From: a virus
Taxonomy: Duplodnaviria > Caudoviricetes
Virus record (IMG/VR): IMGVR_UViG_3300029305_005547
Span: 32,001-96,000 of that record
DNA: 64,000 nt
Direction: 5' to 3' (one strand)
A program made the position numbers and the translations under genes. This document shows positions 30,860 through 40,917 of this stretch, piece by piece. Numbering within the stretch: the first letter of the stretch is position 1; the number at the start of each line of letters is the position of its first letter. The notes under the pieces were generated by a model. The model made no database searches. It was not told the origin of the DNA and worked only from the letters and a program-made list of their open reading frames with translations.

Positions 30860-32067
30860 AATTCTTTATTTGCCTCCATTTCAAGTTCTATTAATTTAAG
30901 TACATCTGTATTTAAGTATGTACTTATCTTTTCTCCTTCTATTTCTCGTCCATTCTTATCTTTGATATATGTACTAAGAACATCACCCACTGAAAGATTT
31001 CTATTCAATAAATAATCATATTTATCTACAATTTCATTTAAAACCTTTTCATCAGTAGATTTTTTCTTTGCCACATATCCATTTACGAATTCACAAGTTA
31101 CTTTAGGTTCATTCCTAAAATTCTCTCTCATACCATTAATAAAGAATTCAGGATTTGGATAATTTTCGGGTATATTGAAAATGAATTTTATCTTTACACA
31201 ATCGCTTGTTGCTACAAGATTACGAAGCGATTTGGAATAAGTTTCAAACATTTCATCTGATGAAAACATTTCGTGCTCATACCCAAATGAGTATGTTTTA
31301 AATTTAGGAGCATCATAATTCTCGTGAAACTCCGAAGAATATTTTTCATTAGACTCCAAATCACAAGTTATTTCATAATATCCCTTTGGTTCTTCTTCGC
31401 CATGAATCCAACGTGTAAAACTTCCTATATAATGAACCCATCCTTGAATAACTGAATGAACGTGATAATGACCAAAATATACTTCACCTTTACAGCATTT
31501 TTTAAAATCAGCTGTTGTAAAAGTTGCAGGTTTTAGTCGTCCATCACTTTTTTCTTTTTTAGATTCTCTTTTAATCATAGTCATTGCTTCAGCAATTACA
31601 CCATGACCAAAGATATAATCATATGCATTCTTTTTTGAAAAGTATTCTTCATAATAAGAATCTTTATCTTTAATATACTCTTCAGGAAGATATAATACAT
31701 TCATTCCAGGAAGTAATTCTTCTTCACATACATTTCGTATAACTTTAAAATCCAAACCTTTTCTATTTTCAAAGATAGAAAAGATATGGTACTGATCAGC
31801 TTCATGTGATTCTGTACCATATATAACTCTTATACATTTGGTGTACTGAACTAATTTATTCATAAGCCACAATCCACAATCACTTGCTCTATCGTTTAAG
31901 AATATTTTCTTATCCCAGTAATCACCAGCAATAATTATAAAGTCAAAAAAATTTCTAGTATCTAATAAATTAAATAGATTTTTCCTAAGTTCTAATCGTA
32001 TTTGGTCAGTTTCTACTGCACCAAAATGAATATCTGCTAATAATAAGCCTCTATATTTTTTACTCAT
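30856..32067 (-). CDS. Mre11/SbcD-like metallophosphoesterase nuclease
   Basis: ADIHFG, AGDYWD, GTESHE, GHG, GHYH, YIGSF motifs. Confidence 0.85.
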   Translation of the reverse strand: MSKKYRGLLLADIHFGAVETDQIRLELRKNLFNLLDTRNFFDFIIIAGDYWDKKIFLNDRASDCGLWLMNKLVQYTKCIRVIYGTESHEADQYHIFSIFENRKGLDFKVIRNVCEEELLPGMNVLYLPEEYIKDKDSYYEEYFSKKNAYDYIFGHGVIAEAMTMIKRESKKEKSDGRLKPATFTTADFKKCCKGEVYFGHYHVHSVIQGWVHYIGSFTRWIHGEEEPKGYYEITCDLESNEKYSSEFHENYDAPKFKTYSFGYEHEMFSSDEMFETYSKSLRNLVATSDCVKIKFIFNIPENYPNPEFFINGMRENFRNEPKVTCEFVNGYVAKKKSTDEKVLNEIVDKYDYLLNRNLSVGDVLSTYIKDKNGREIEGEKISTYLNTDVLKLIELEMEANKEL

Positions 32068-32171
32068 TATAATAAATTCCTTTACTTTTTGTTATCTTTT
32101 TGTAAATAATCACATATTATTTTAATGAACCAAACGGAATAAATAATTACAAATGAAAGGAGAATGTAGTT

Positions 32172-33197
32172 GTGTTCGATGTAAACGAGAAAGAAAAACA
32201 AAAGATGGACTCCATTATTACTCAGTTGAGTGATGAAGGAAAAAGAGATTTACTAATGATGAATGGCGCTGAGAAGGAATTATTCAACGATCCATTTCAC
32301 CAGCAAGCAATACAGATGGGAATACTTGCAAAGCCCCCTTCTGATTTTGCTAGCAAATATAATATCCTTAAAGAATTTTTAATGAGTAAACGTTTCGAGG
32401 GATGCTCCAGTCAGACGCTTAAAATGTATTATGATACCTTATTTAATTTCCTAGTTCAATCGGATGATGACTTAACGGTATTTGATACTCGTACAGCTGA
32501 TGTTAGGAGTTATCTCATGAAATATCAGGAGATTAATAAATGTTCTAATATAACCATGGATAATATGAGACGAGTTTTTTCCTCATTTTATAACTGGCTT
32601 GAAGATGAAGACTATTCTATGAAAAATCCAGTTAAAAAAATTAAAAAAATTAAGTGTGAAAAGGTTATTAAGAAGCCTTTTTCTGACGAAGAGCTCGAAT
32701 CCATTAAAGATGCTTGTAAAAATTATAGAGAATTGGCATTGGTTGAATTTCTATATTCTACAGGAATTCGTGTTGGTGAGTTATGTGGACTTGATGTAGC
32801 AGATCTTGATTTTAATACACGTGAGGGAATTGTATTTGGTAAAGGAAGTAAAGAAAGAATTATTTATTTCGATGTGAAATCCAAAGTTCATTTAATAAGA
32901 TATATCAACACTAGAGTTGATAGTAATCCTGCATTATTTGTCACAAAGAAATATCCTTATAATAGATTAGAAAAAAGTGGTGTTGAATTAATTCTTAGAG
33001 AAATCGGATTAAGAGCTGGTGTAGAGAAATGCCATCCTCATAGATTTAGACGTACATTTGCAACTAATCTTTTAGATAGAGGTGTTCCAATTGAACAAGT
33101 TCAGGTTTTATTAGGTCATAGTAAAATTGATACTACATTGATCTATGCTACTGTAAATACTGCACAAGTTAAAATGAATCACAGTAGATACATTTAA
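32172..33197 (+). CDS. site-specific tyrosine recombinase (N-terminal SAM-like + catalytic domain)
   Basis: intact R (TGIRVGEL), K (GKGSKER), HxxR (HRFRR), H (LLGH), Y (TTLIY); AAAGGAG SD. Confidence 0.93.
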   Translation: MFDVNEKEKQKMDSIITQLSDEGKRDLLMMNGAEKELFNDPFHQQAIQMGILAKPPSDFASKYNILKEFLMSKRFEGCSSQTLKMYYDTLFNFLVQSDDDLTVFDTRTADVRSYLMKYQEINKCSNITMDNMRRVFSSFYNWLEDEDYSMKNPVKKIKKIKCEKVIKKPFSDEELESIKDACKNYRELALVEFLYSTGIRVGELCGLDVADLDFNTREGIVFGKGSKERIIYFDVKSKVHLIRYINTRVDSNPALFVTKKYPYNRLEKSGVELILREIGLRAGVEKCHPHRFRRTFATNLLDRGVPIEQVQVLLGHSKIDTTLIYATVNTAQVKMNHSRYI

Positions 33198-33207
33198 CAA
33201 AAATAAG

Positions 33208-33234
33208 TGCCTAGGTGGAAATTCCACCTAGGCA
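33208..33234. terminator. bidirectional terminator
   Basis: TGCCTAGGTGGAA-A-TTCCACCTAGGCA between the recombinase and the convergent gene. Confidence 0.7.
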
Positions 33235-33254
33235 TTATATTTACGGTATTTAAT

Positions 33255-34301
33255 TTAGAATGTAATATCGATAGCTTTAACAGCTTCAATAGTTTCAGCA
33301 TTCTTAATTTCAACTTCGATAGTCTGCTGCTTAGAAACCAAAGGTCTAACAGTAGCTTCGATAGTAGCTGCCAATACCTGGAGCTCATCAAGAGTCCAAT
33401 CATAAGTACAAACTTCACCGGATGCATTCCAGCTAGGTTGATACTCAGGGTTAAGAGTACACATCATAATAACTGCCATAAGCTGGGACTGCTTATCTGC
33501 TGTCATAGAATACTCTGCTGCAACGCCCTTGTGTGCGTCACTTGTAACAGTATGTGTTGCAAGATAAGTTGCAAGGTTAATTTTACTCTGCTGGATTCTG
33601 TAATCCTTAAGACCATTGAGATCAAGTTCATTTTCATCAACACCAGCAAGCTGCTTTTTGATAGTTGCAACTTCAGAATTTGTTTCGGTAAGACCGTCCT
33701 GTAATCCACTTACAACAGTCATAGACTCAACAAGTTCTTTGTTTGTTGTCTCAACAGCTTCAATCTTCTCGATAAGAGACTCATTGTTTTCAGCCAATTC
33801 TTTATTGGCAGTTTCAACAGCTTCGATCTTCTCAGCAAGCTCTTCATTCAAATTAGCTAATTCTTCCTTAGCAGTTGCGAGATCACTGATATTCTGTTTC
33901 ATAGTTGAGTTTTCAGATTTAAGAGATTCATTTGCTTCAGTGAGAGCCTTAACATCTCCTTCAAGAGCAAGAATCTGATCCGGAATAGAAGTACTCTGAC
34001 TTAACTTAGCCATAAGAACTTCAACCTCTTCACCATCAACGTCGATGGTAGCAGTTGTGATCTGCTCCAGTACTGTGTAATCTTTCAATTCACGAACTAA
34101 AGTAGAATCTTCGTATACGCTAAGTACAGCGGTCTTTAATTCATCTGTACAAATTTCCTTAACTGCTTTTAAGGTATCGATTTCGGTACCAAACGCGATA
34201 CAAATAACTTTTTTCTGCACACCTTTCTTTTCGAGCATTGCTTCAAAAGGCAGAATAGAAAGTGCGTATGCAGAGGAGTCGTTTGTGACTAATTTATACA
34301 T
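33255..34301 (-). CDS. coiled-coil protein with C-terminal DUF4376-like (tail-fibre-associated) domain
   Basis: internal EKIEAVET repeat; C-terminal W..DELQVLA..IEATVRPLVSKQQ.IE.EIK.AETIEAVKAIDI; late promoter 34359-34371 (-). Confidence 0.6.
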   Translation of the reverse strand: MYKLVTNDSSAYALSILPFEAMLEKKGVQKKVICIAFGTEIDTLKAVKEICTDELKTAVLSVYEDSTLVRELKDYTVLEQITTATIDVDGEEVEVLMAKLSQSTSIPDQILALEGDVKALTEANESLKSENSTMKQNISDLATAKEELANLNEELAEKIEAVETANKELAENNESLIEKIEAVETTNKELVESMTVVSGLQDGLTETNSEVATIKKQLAGVDENELDLNGLKDYRIQQSKINLATYLATHTVTSDAHKGVAAEYSMTADKQSQLMAVIMMCTLNPEYQPSWNASGEVCTYDWTLDELQVLAATIEATVRPLVSKQQTIEVEIKNAETIEAVKAIDITF

Positions 34302-34445
34302 AGCCTTTTTACCTCTCTTTCGATTATTAAAATATTTAGTGTAAACTTTAATTTTACATTAATGAAATGTTTCTAGTAGTAATTTTAAGATTTTGCAAAT
34401 AATCGTATATTATTATTTAGTATGACTTTTGAAAGGATGTGAGAT

Positions 34446-35117
34446 ATGAAACATGAATTAGATTATGACTATTTTCAGGAAGGTTATAGATTTAGACATT
34501 GTGAAATACCAAAAATGGAAAGGTATACTGTAGAACCTACAACACATGTAGATGATTCTCATTCATTAATAACCACAGAAATTGGTCAAATTGTCGGATT
34601 ACGATGTGAACCGTATGATGAATTTGATGCTGAAATGAATTTGTCATCATTTATTCTTTTATTAGAAAATTTATTTGATAAACTTCCTGAAATAGTTCAT
34701 ACAGATTATGCACAAGTAGTGCATTTTTGTAAGTGCTTCGATGTCCAAGAAATGGAAAGAAGTTGGGGAGCATTTTCATTTATTGCAGATAATACACCTA
34801 TCGATAAAAGTAGTTCTGTATTAAATACTTTATGTAGGGTATTTTACTGTGGAATGGATTTTCTTCCAATGTCAATATTTGACGATAATATGAGAATTGT
34901 ATCTTTACCTTTCGGGCTTGTTGATTGTATATTTGCAGATCTTAATCCAACATACGATTTGTTTAAAGCGTTAGAATTATTACATGATGTACGATGTAAA
35001 TATGCAATCGAACGACGGATGTGGATAAATGACATATCTACTGATTCATTATGGTGCAAAAGAAGTACTCTTACGGGAGAACTACTAGATAATGATGTTT
35101 ATGGAGAGGACGATTAA
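34446..35117 (+). CDS. hypothetical early protein
   Basis: TATATTATT at 34406, AAAGGA SD. Confidence 0.65.
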   Translation: MKHELDYDYFQEGYRFRHCEIPKMERYTVEPTTHVDDSHSLITTEIGQIVGLRCEPYDEFDAEMNLSSFILLLENLFDKLPEIVHTDYAQVVHFCKCFDVQEMERSWGAFSFIADNTPIDKSSSVLNTLCRVFYCGMDFLPMSIFDDNMRIVSLPFGLVDCIFADLNPTYDLFKALELLHDVRCKYAIERRMWINDISTDSLWCKRSTLTGELLDNDVYGEDD

Positions 35118-35123
35118 TTTATT

Positions 35124-35879
35124 ATGAAACGATATAATAGAAAAAATAGGGAACTTGATTATATGATACGAAAGTGTGATGCAATAATAGTGGTATTGAC
35201 TGCTATAATGTCAATTTTATTTATTACACTTATAGATGTCACAAGAGATGTGCCTACAGTGCAAGCTGCAAGTGAAATTATAATTATTGAACCAATCCCT
35301 ATTGAAACACCAGAACCTATCACAATAAGCTGTAGTGACAGCGAACCTATAACTGAATATAGTGAAGAAGAAGTTTTTACAGAGAAAATAGAAGTTAGTA
35401 ATCAGTCAGTAGTTGCACAAGAAAACAGAAGTATTAATATCCAAGTTTTAGAAAAAGAAGAATCTCGAATGATTGTAGATGATGAAACTTTGGAAATATT
35501 AATTCGTGTAGTTGAAGCTGAAGTGACTGGAGACTCTTTTAGGTATAAAGGAGAAAAACTTGATTATGAAGAGTTATTAATTTCTAAAATACGTGTTGCA
35601 CAAGTATTCATGAATCGTGTTGAGGATACTAATTCATTCGCAAGAATAGATACCTTATACGAATCACTTACAGAAAAAAATGCGAGCTCAACTTTTAATG
35701 ATGGAAGGTATTATGAAGTTGAAATAACAGACATAACAAGAGAAGCTTGTAGATTAGCATTACTTAGTTCAACACCAGATTATACTGATGGTGCTTTATA
35801 TTTCTCGTCAGGTACTACAAAAAATAAATATGGTGAGTACTTATTTACAGATGATGTAGGACATTCGTTCTTTAAATAA
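35124..35879 (+). CDS. SleB/Hydrolase_2-like cell wall hydrolase with N-terminal TM anchor
   Basis: LIRVVEAEV, VAQVFMNRV, DYTDGALYF, GHSFFK. Confidence 0.75.
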   Translation: MKRYNRKNRELDYMIRKCDAIIVVLTAIMSILFITLIDVTRDVPTVQAASEIIIIEPIPIETPEPITISCSDSEPITEYSEEEVFTEKIEVSNQSVVAQENRSINIQVLEKEESRMIVDDETLEILIRVVEAEVTGDSFRYKGEKLDYEELLISKIRVAQVFMNRVEDTNSFARIDTLYESLTEKNASSTFNDGRYYEVEITDITREACRLALLSSTPDYTDGALYFSSGTTKNKYGEYLFTDDVGHSFFK

Positions 35880-36011
35880 ATAAATATTTAATTCATAACA
35901 TCTGTTTAATTATATATTTGAACTTTAAATATATATTATTTTAAGGATATATTAGAATCAAAAGATTCTATTTATCACAAATAAATTCATATTATTAAGG
36001 AGGGCACAGAA

Positions 36012-36734
36012 ATGGCCAACAACGAAAACAGGACAGGAATCGTACCTGTCGAGACTGTCGAAAAGTATGAAATTACAACACAGCAGGTAAATGAATATCT
36101 GCAGAAGAGAATGAACACATTCACAACAACCGCTAGAAATAACGGCGAAGAGATTGAAGATATCCATGTGAATGTAGTTTCCTTTGAGTTCTCTAAGAAG
36201 TTCGCACCTTTTGCAATCGTGCTTCCTGATGATGCAATTGCAGAGAGAAAGAACAAGGGCAAGGATGAAGGTATCATGCAGATCTTCCAGAGTGAAGAGA
36301 ATAACAACCTTCAGAAGTTGTCTAAGCCGGTTTGGGGCGCTATCGCATCTTATCTGTACACAAAGAATGATAAGAAGAGTTTTGTTGACAGCGGTAACCT
36401 TAAGAAGACTTTAGGTCTTACTTCCGGTATGGCTAACCAGATTGCAGGATTATGTTCTCCTCGTATTATTAAGGTGGACAGAGAACACAGACATATCACA
36501 TGTCTGCTTGACCCCATTCGTATCTTTTCCGATATGGTGAGAAAGAGTAGTAATGAGGTGAACAAGGACGGCGCTCCTAAGTATATGGTTATGATCGATA
36601 AGGTTGAAAAGATCGGTTCTGGTAACTACAAGTATACTATCAGCAAGGAGCCTAAGAAGCGTAATCACGGCGGTAATAGTGGCATCGATATCTTGAGAAT
36701 CGTAAGAGAGAGTGTGCAGCACGGTAAAAAGTAA
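36012..36734 (+). CDS. hypothetical, probably highly expressed early protein
   Basis: TATATTATT at 35932, AAGGAGG SD, codon usage richer in C/G-ending codons than neighbours, own terminator. Confidence 0.7.
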   Translation: MANNENRTGIVPVETVEKYEITTQQVNEYLQKRMNTFTTTARNNGEEIEDIHVNVVSFEFSKKFAPFAIVLPDDAIAERKNKGKDEGIMQIFQSEENNNLQKLSKPVWGAIASYLYTKNDKKSFVDSGNLKKTLGLTSGMANQIAGLCSPRIIKVDREHRHITCLLDPIRIFSDMVRKSSNEVNKDGAPKYMVMIDKVEKIGSGNYKYTISKEPKKRNHGGNSGIDILRIVRESVQHGKK

Positions 36735-36853
36735 GCTTTGAACGTCCGGTTTGTTTAGGATTGTATGTGGTAAGGTCTTTTGGATCTTACCACACTACTT
36801 TTCTAACATATTAACTTTTTGATAATAGAATTATAGGAAAGGTAAATGTAACT

Positions 36854-37942
36854 ATGATGAATGAGTTTGATTCCTTTTCTGTATGTTTCAATGTCATGAA
36901 GATAAAATACGCTATGTATGATCAGAGTCTAGATAGTCTTAATTTTTTGAACCCTACAGATTCAGTTAATGTTTTTATTAATCTTGAATCAGTTTTAAGA
37001 TTACTATCTGGGATAAAAGATGTTGACAGAAAAGTTTACTCGTGTAACGATTTTAATGAAAATATTATATCAAATATAGTTAATCTCGCTGCACATTATA
37101 GAAAATTCTTTAGAGGTAATAATTTAGATACACGAGTGTATCTTTATATGACCGATTTAAGATCAACTGAATTTAATGAAGACGAATATAATTCAGATTT
37201 CAGATCTTATTATTCAGTTAAATATTCCAGAAATCCGAAGTACATGGATATGGGAGAAAAACTTACAAATGTGATTATCCCTCAAGCAAAAGAAATTTGC
37301 AATTATATAAAAGGGGTATATTTGATAACAACAAATGGATTTGATTCATCATTAGTTCCACTAATAATTGGATCAAAAGATCCTAGTAGAAAAAACCTCG
37401 TAATATCAGGAGAATATACCGACACACAATATTCGTTGATACCGAATTATGTATGTCATTATTTAAGAAGAAGTCCAATTAAGTCTACTACTACATGTGA
37501 TTTAAAAGGGCATCTTTCAGCTTTATTAAATAAAGCAAATGGAGAGTATAATGAAGAATTAAATCTCTATTCAAATAAATCATTTTACATGTTACTATTC
37601 TCTGTAATAGGAGATATGTACAGAAGCGTAGAAAAAATTCCAAATGTTGGAAATATTACATTAGTGAAATGGTTAACTCAAGGACTTAAAGAAAATAAGA
37701 TAACTTTGAACACTACAAATATTCAAACTATTTCAGAAGTATTTCCTGAAGAAATACGTGTTGATGTTTGTAATAATTTTAAATGTCTAGATATGGAAAC
37801 TATGTTTCAAAAACTTACAGTTGAACAGCTTAATAGTATCGATTTACAACTAATTGATAAATTTGACCACAATGGTTTACTTCAACTTAATTCAACAAGG
37901 TTTTATGAACATAGATTCATGCTAGAGGAATTGACAATTTGA
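36854..37942 (+). CDS. putative 5'-3' exonuclease/RNase H-like (FEN family) protein
   Basis: VFINLES at the N-terminus and H3TH-like GDMYRSVEKIPNVG segment. Confidence 0.45.
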   Translation: MMNEFDSFSVCFNVMKIKYAMYDQSLDSLNFLNPTDSVNVFINLESVLRLLSGIKDVDRKVYSCNDFNENIISNIVNLAAHYRKFFRGNNLDTRVYLYMTDLRSTEFNEDEYNSDFRSYYSVKYSRNPKYMDMGEKLTNVIIPQAKEICNYIKGVYLITTNGFDSSLVPLIIGSKDPSRKNLVISGEYTDTQYSLIPNYVCHYLRRSPIKSTTTCDLKGHLSALLNKANGEYNEELNLYSNKSFYMLLFSVIGDMYRSVEKIPNVGNITLVKWLTQGLKENKITLNTTNIQTISEVFPEEIRVDVCNNFKCLDMETMFQKLTVEQLNSIDLQLIDKFDHNGLLQLNSTRFYEHRFMLEELTI

Positions 37943-37987
37943 TATCACTTAAGGCACATTACCTTAAGTGATATTTTTTGTGAAAGG

Positions 37988-39274
37988 ATGGTAGTTAAAA
38001 TGGCTTTATTTAATCCTAACGATTTAAAAGCATGGAGATACATAGTAGATTCATGTATTTTTTTAATAAATGGTGAAGCCATAAGTTTAGACCAAAGATG
38101 TATTACAGGTATTGAAATACATAATAATTATATGAAGGATGTATTTCCTATATTTAAAATAAATTTTATGTTAGAAAGTTCTGTATACTATAAGGTTTTG
38201 AATAATAAAACAAATCTTAAATTAAAACTTAAGATTCAAAAGTATAATAAAAATTACAATGGAAGTGAAAGATCTCTTCGTAAAAATTATATCAATGATA
38301 CATTTATTACAATCGATGATACTGATGATGTAGATAGAGAAGTTGATCTTGATTTATTAGAAAAGATTAGAGGAGCATCCTCTGATAATGAAATGAATAA
38401 ATATGATACTAGTCTGGAGTTGTATTTTTATAGAGAAGAAACTGCAACAGGTGTTAAGAAACAGCTGAATGATATTCTTCAAAATGTAAATATGAGTAGT
38501 ATTTTAGGATATCTATTTGGTGAAAGTGGAATTAAAAATGCATTAGTAAGTCCTCTTGAAAATAATAAAACTTATAAAGTTATGCATTTACCTCCACTCA
38601 CAATTAATAAAATGATTGCTCATCTTGATGCTGCTTATGGTTTCTATAAAGCCGGGTCAATGATATTTTTTGGATTAGATCGTACATATATACTTAATTT
38701 TAAAGGTGGTTGTACGGCATTTGAAAGAAATGAGAAAAAAGAAACTTGTGTTTTTATTCCGAAAACAACGAGCGTTCAAAATGCATCAGGTGGAACTATT
38801 GAAACTGATCCTAATAAGCATTGTATTAATTGGTTATATGATCAGGTTAATTTTCAAAATGCTTCAGTAAGTAGTGATGTAATTAAAGGTAGTGATGCTT
38901 TGGTTGTAAAACCATCAACGGCAGGTAAAACAAAGTCTTCAAGTAAAACTACAACTAACGGAAATAGTAATACTGCTATCATTGATGATGAAGCTGAAAA
39001 TCCTTGGCTTGATACAACTTTTACGGCACAGTCTACTGCTAATTCTCTTATTATATATGGCGCTATGGCTGATATAGATGTCGATGCACTCACACCTAAT
39101 AAAAAGTTTACACTAATATTTGAAGATCAAGCGTTAACTAATAAATATAAAGGAACTTATTTTTTAGGTAAAACTATGTTTAAATTTGTTAATGATACGG
39201 CTAAAGGAGATTTTTCGATTGTAGCATCTGTTGAATTTAGAAGAGTTCAACAAACAAATTCATCTGACGCTTAA
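37988..39274 (+). CDS. putative baseplate/tail structural protein
   Basis: late promoter 37955-37967; position before the tape measure gene; likely start MALFN (38000). Confidence 0.55.
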   Translation: MVVKMALFNPNDLKAWRYIVDSCIFLINGEAISLDQRCITGIEIHNNYMKDVFPIFKINFMLESSVYYKVLNNKTNLKLKLKIQKYNKNYNGSERSLRKNYINDTFITIDDTDDVDREVDLDLLEKIRGASSDNEMNKYDTSLELYFYREETATGVKKQLNDILQNVNMSSILGYLFGESGIKNALVSPLENNKTYKVMHLPPLTINKMIAHLDAAYGFYKAGSMIFFGLDRTYILNFKGGCTAFERNEKKETCVFIPKTTSVQNASGGTIETDPNKHCINWLYDQVNFQNASVSSDVIKGSDALVVKPSTAGKTKSSSKTTTNGNSNTAIIDDEAENPWLDTTFTAQSTANSLIIYGAMADIDVDALTPNKKFTLIFEDQALTNKYKGTYFLGKTMFKFVNDTAKGDFSIVASVEFRRVQQTNSSDA

Positions 39275-39308
39275 TGTATATCTTGAAAGTTTAGATGGTT
39301 GGTGGTCT

Positions 39309-39389
39309 GACGGAATTTAGTTAAGTAAAATTTCTGTAAGTCTCGATATTTCTCGGGACTTACAGATTTCTTATTTAGCTAAATAGTAA
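39309..39389 (+). repeat. dispersed hairpin element copy 3
   Basis: 39308-39390 is identical over 83 bp to 60079-60161. Confidence 0.95.
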
Positions 39390-40752
39390 TATGAGTAGTT
39401 ATTTACCATTAACCGGAGGAACTTTGAGTGGAAGTATTATTGTAGAGAAAGATAATGCCGGAGTGTCTGTAAATGATACCACAGTTGCACACAAGATCTC
39501 ATTAGCATCAAATGATGGCAATGCTGGAATATATGATAACACTAATACCAAGTGGATATTGAAAAGTGACTCAACTGGAGTTGTAACACTAGCTGGCGCA
39601 TCCTCTCATGCTGTAGTAACTGCAACAAATCCATCAACGGCAACAACTTATAGAATACCATTTATAAGCGGAACTTCAAGTGGTAATAGGGCGTTATTAG
39701 TAAATGATGGATTTGCTTATTATACTCGTGAAGGAACCGCTGATACTGACGGTATAGGATATATATTTTTAGGTAACAATAAAGATACAGGTACAGCCGG
39801 TAATAAACGTGGATGTATTAGATTGTATTCTAATTCGGAAAGTTACGCAAATATTTATTCAGCAGCATCTCTTGGAAGTAATGTAACAATAACGTTTCCA
39901 GCTAAAGGTGGTACAGTTGCACTCACTAGTGATTTTTCTGATTTACGTGATTATGACAATACATGGAATGGGGTAAATAACTTTACAGACGAAGTTAATA
40001 TGACAAGCACTGTTAATATGAAGTATTGGATTACCATTGATAAAAACGCTACTTGTGATATCAATTCTGGTATTTTTATGAATAATAATAGATTTATATC
40101 ATCAGGATCAGATTCAGCAGGAATATTTATTTGTGCAACTGCTTCTGGAACGACTGCTACCGGATCATCTCAAACATATAATTTTGCACCAACTGCATTT
40201 CGTCCTGGAAAAAATGATGATGTTGGATTAGGAGATTCATCACGTAAATGGAAACAACTTTTTGCTGTAACTTCAACAATTTCTACATCCGATAGAAACT
40301 TGAAAGATAATATAAACGAATTAACAGATATTCATAAAAAATTATTTATGAAATTAATCCCTGTTTCATTTACTTTTAAAGATGGAACTTCTGGAAGAAC
40401 ACATATAGGATTTATTTCTCAAGATGTTGAAGATGCTATGAATGAACTTGGAATGAATTCATTAGATTTTGCTGGGTTCTGTAAAGACGTTAAAACTAAA
40501 TCCATTATTGAAACCAGACCAAGTTTAAAGAAAGATGGTACTCAAAAATTTGATGAAAATGGTAATCCTGTATATGAAGAAATTGATAGAGATATTCCTG
40601 ATCTTGATGAAAACGGCAATATTCAATATGTTTATTCATTGCGGTATGAAGAATTCATTGGACTTGTTGTTCATGTATTGCAAGACTCAGTAAATCGTTT
40701 AAATTCTATCGAAGAGCGTCTTTCTAAATTGGAAAGTAATCACGACATATAA
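39379..40752 (+). CDS. tail-fibre distal cassette B with C-terminal intramolecular chaperone (peptidase S74-like)
   Basis: frame TAG|LNSN-MSSYLPLTGGTLSG; TSDRNLKDNI, RTHIGFISQDVE, YSLRYEEFI; ATG at 39391 has no SD; no N-terminal baseplate anchor evident. Confidence 0.8.
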   Translation, partial: LNSNMSSYLPLTGGTLSGSIIVEKDNAGVSVNDTTVAHKISLASNDGNAGIYDNTNTKWILKSDSTGVVTLAGASSHAVVTATNPSTATTYRIPFISGTSSGNRALLVNDGFAYYTREGTADTDGIGYIFLGNNKDTGTAGNKRGCIRLYSNSESYANIYSAASLGSNVTITFPAKGGTVALTSDFSDLRDYDNTWNGVNNFTDEVNMTSTVNMKYWITIDKNATCDINSGIFMNNNRFISSGSDSAGIFICATASGTTATGSSQTYNFAPTAFRPGKNDDVGLGDSSRKWKQLFAVTSTISTSDRNLKDNINELTDIHKKLFMKLIPVSFTFKDGTSGRTHIGFISQDVEDAMNELGMNSLDFAGFCKDVKTKSIIETRPSLKKDGTQKFDENGNPVYEEIDRDIPDLDENGNIQYVYSLRYEEFIGLVVHVLQDSVNRLNSIEERLSKLESNHDI

Positions 40753-40917
40753 AATTATAGTTAATGGTGATGAATTTATTATTTCTAAATTCATTTTTAT
40801 AATTAATTTTAATTAATTTATATTCCATATACCCAACTTGGGTATATGGAATATTTTCCCTATTTTCCACCCCGGAAACATTGTTTTAATACTTCTATGA
40901 AAGGAAGTGATATTTTT

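Noticed and set aside
32172-33197. Prophage integrase marking a lysogen boundary
   Set aside because: Both flanks are phage genes, with no host genes, tRNA/att site or repressor module seen.
39376-39378. TAG-to-Gln recoding (genetic code 15) reading through into the cassettes
   Set aside because: Copy 2 has TAA at the same position, and normal genes (e.g. 11158-11922, 20752-21804) end in TAG without fragmentation.
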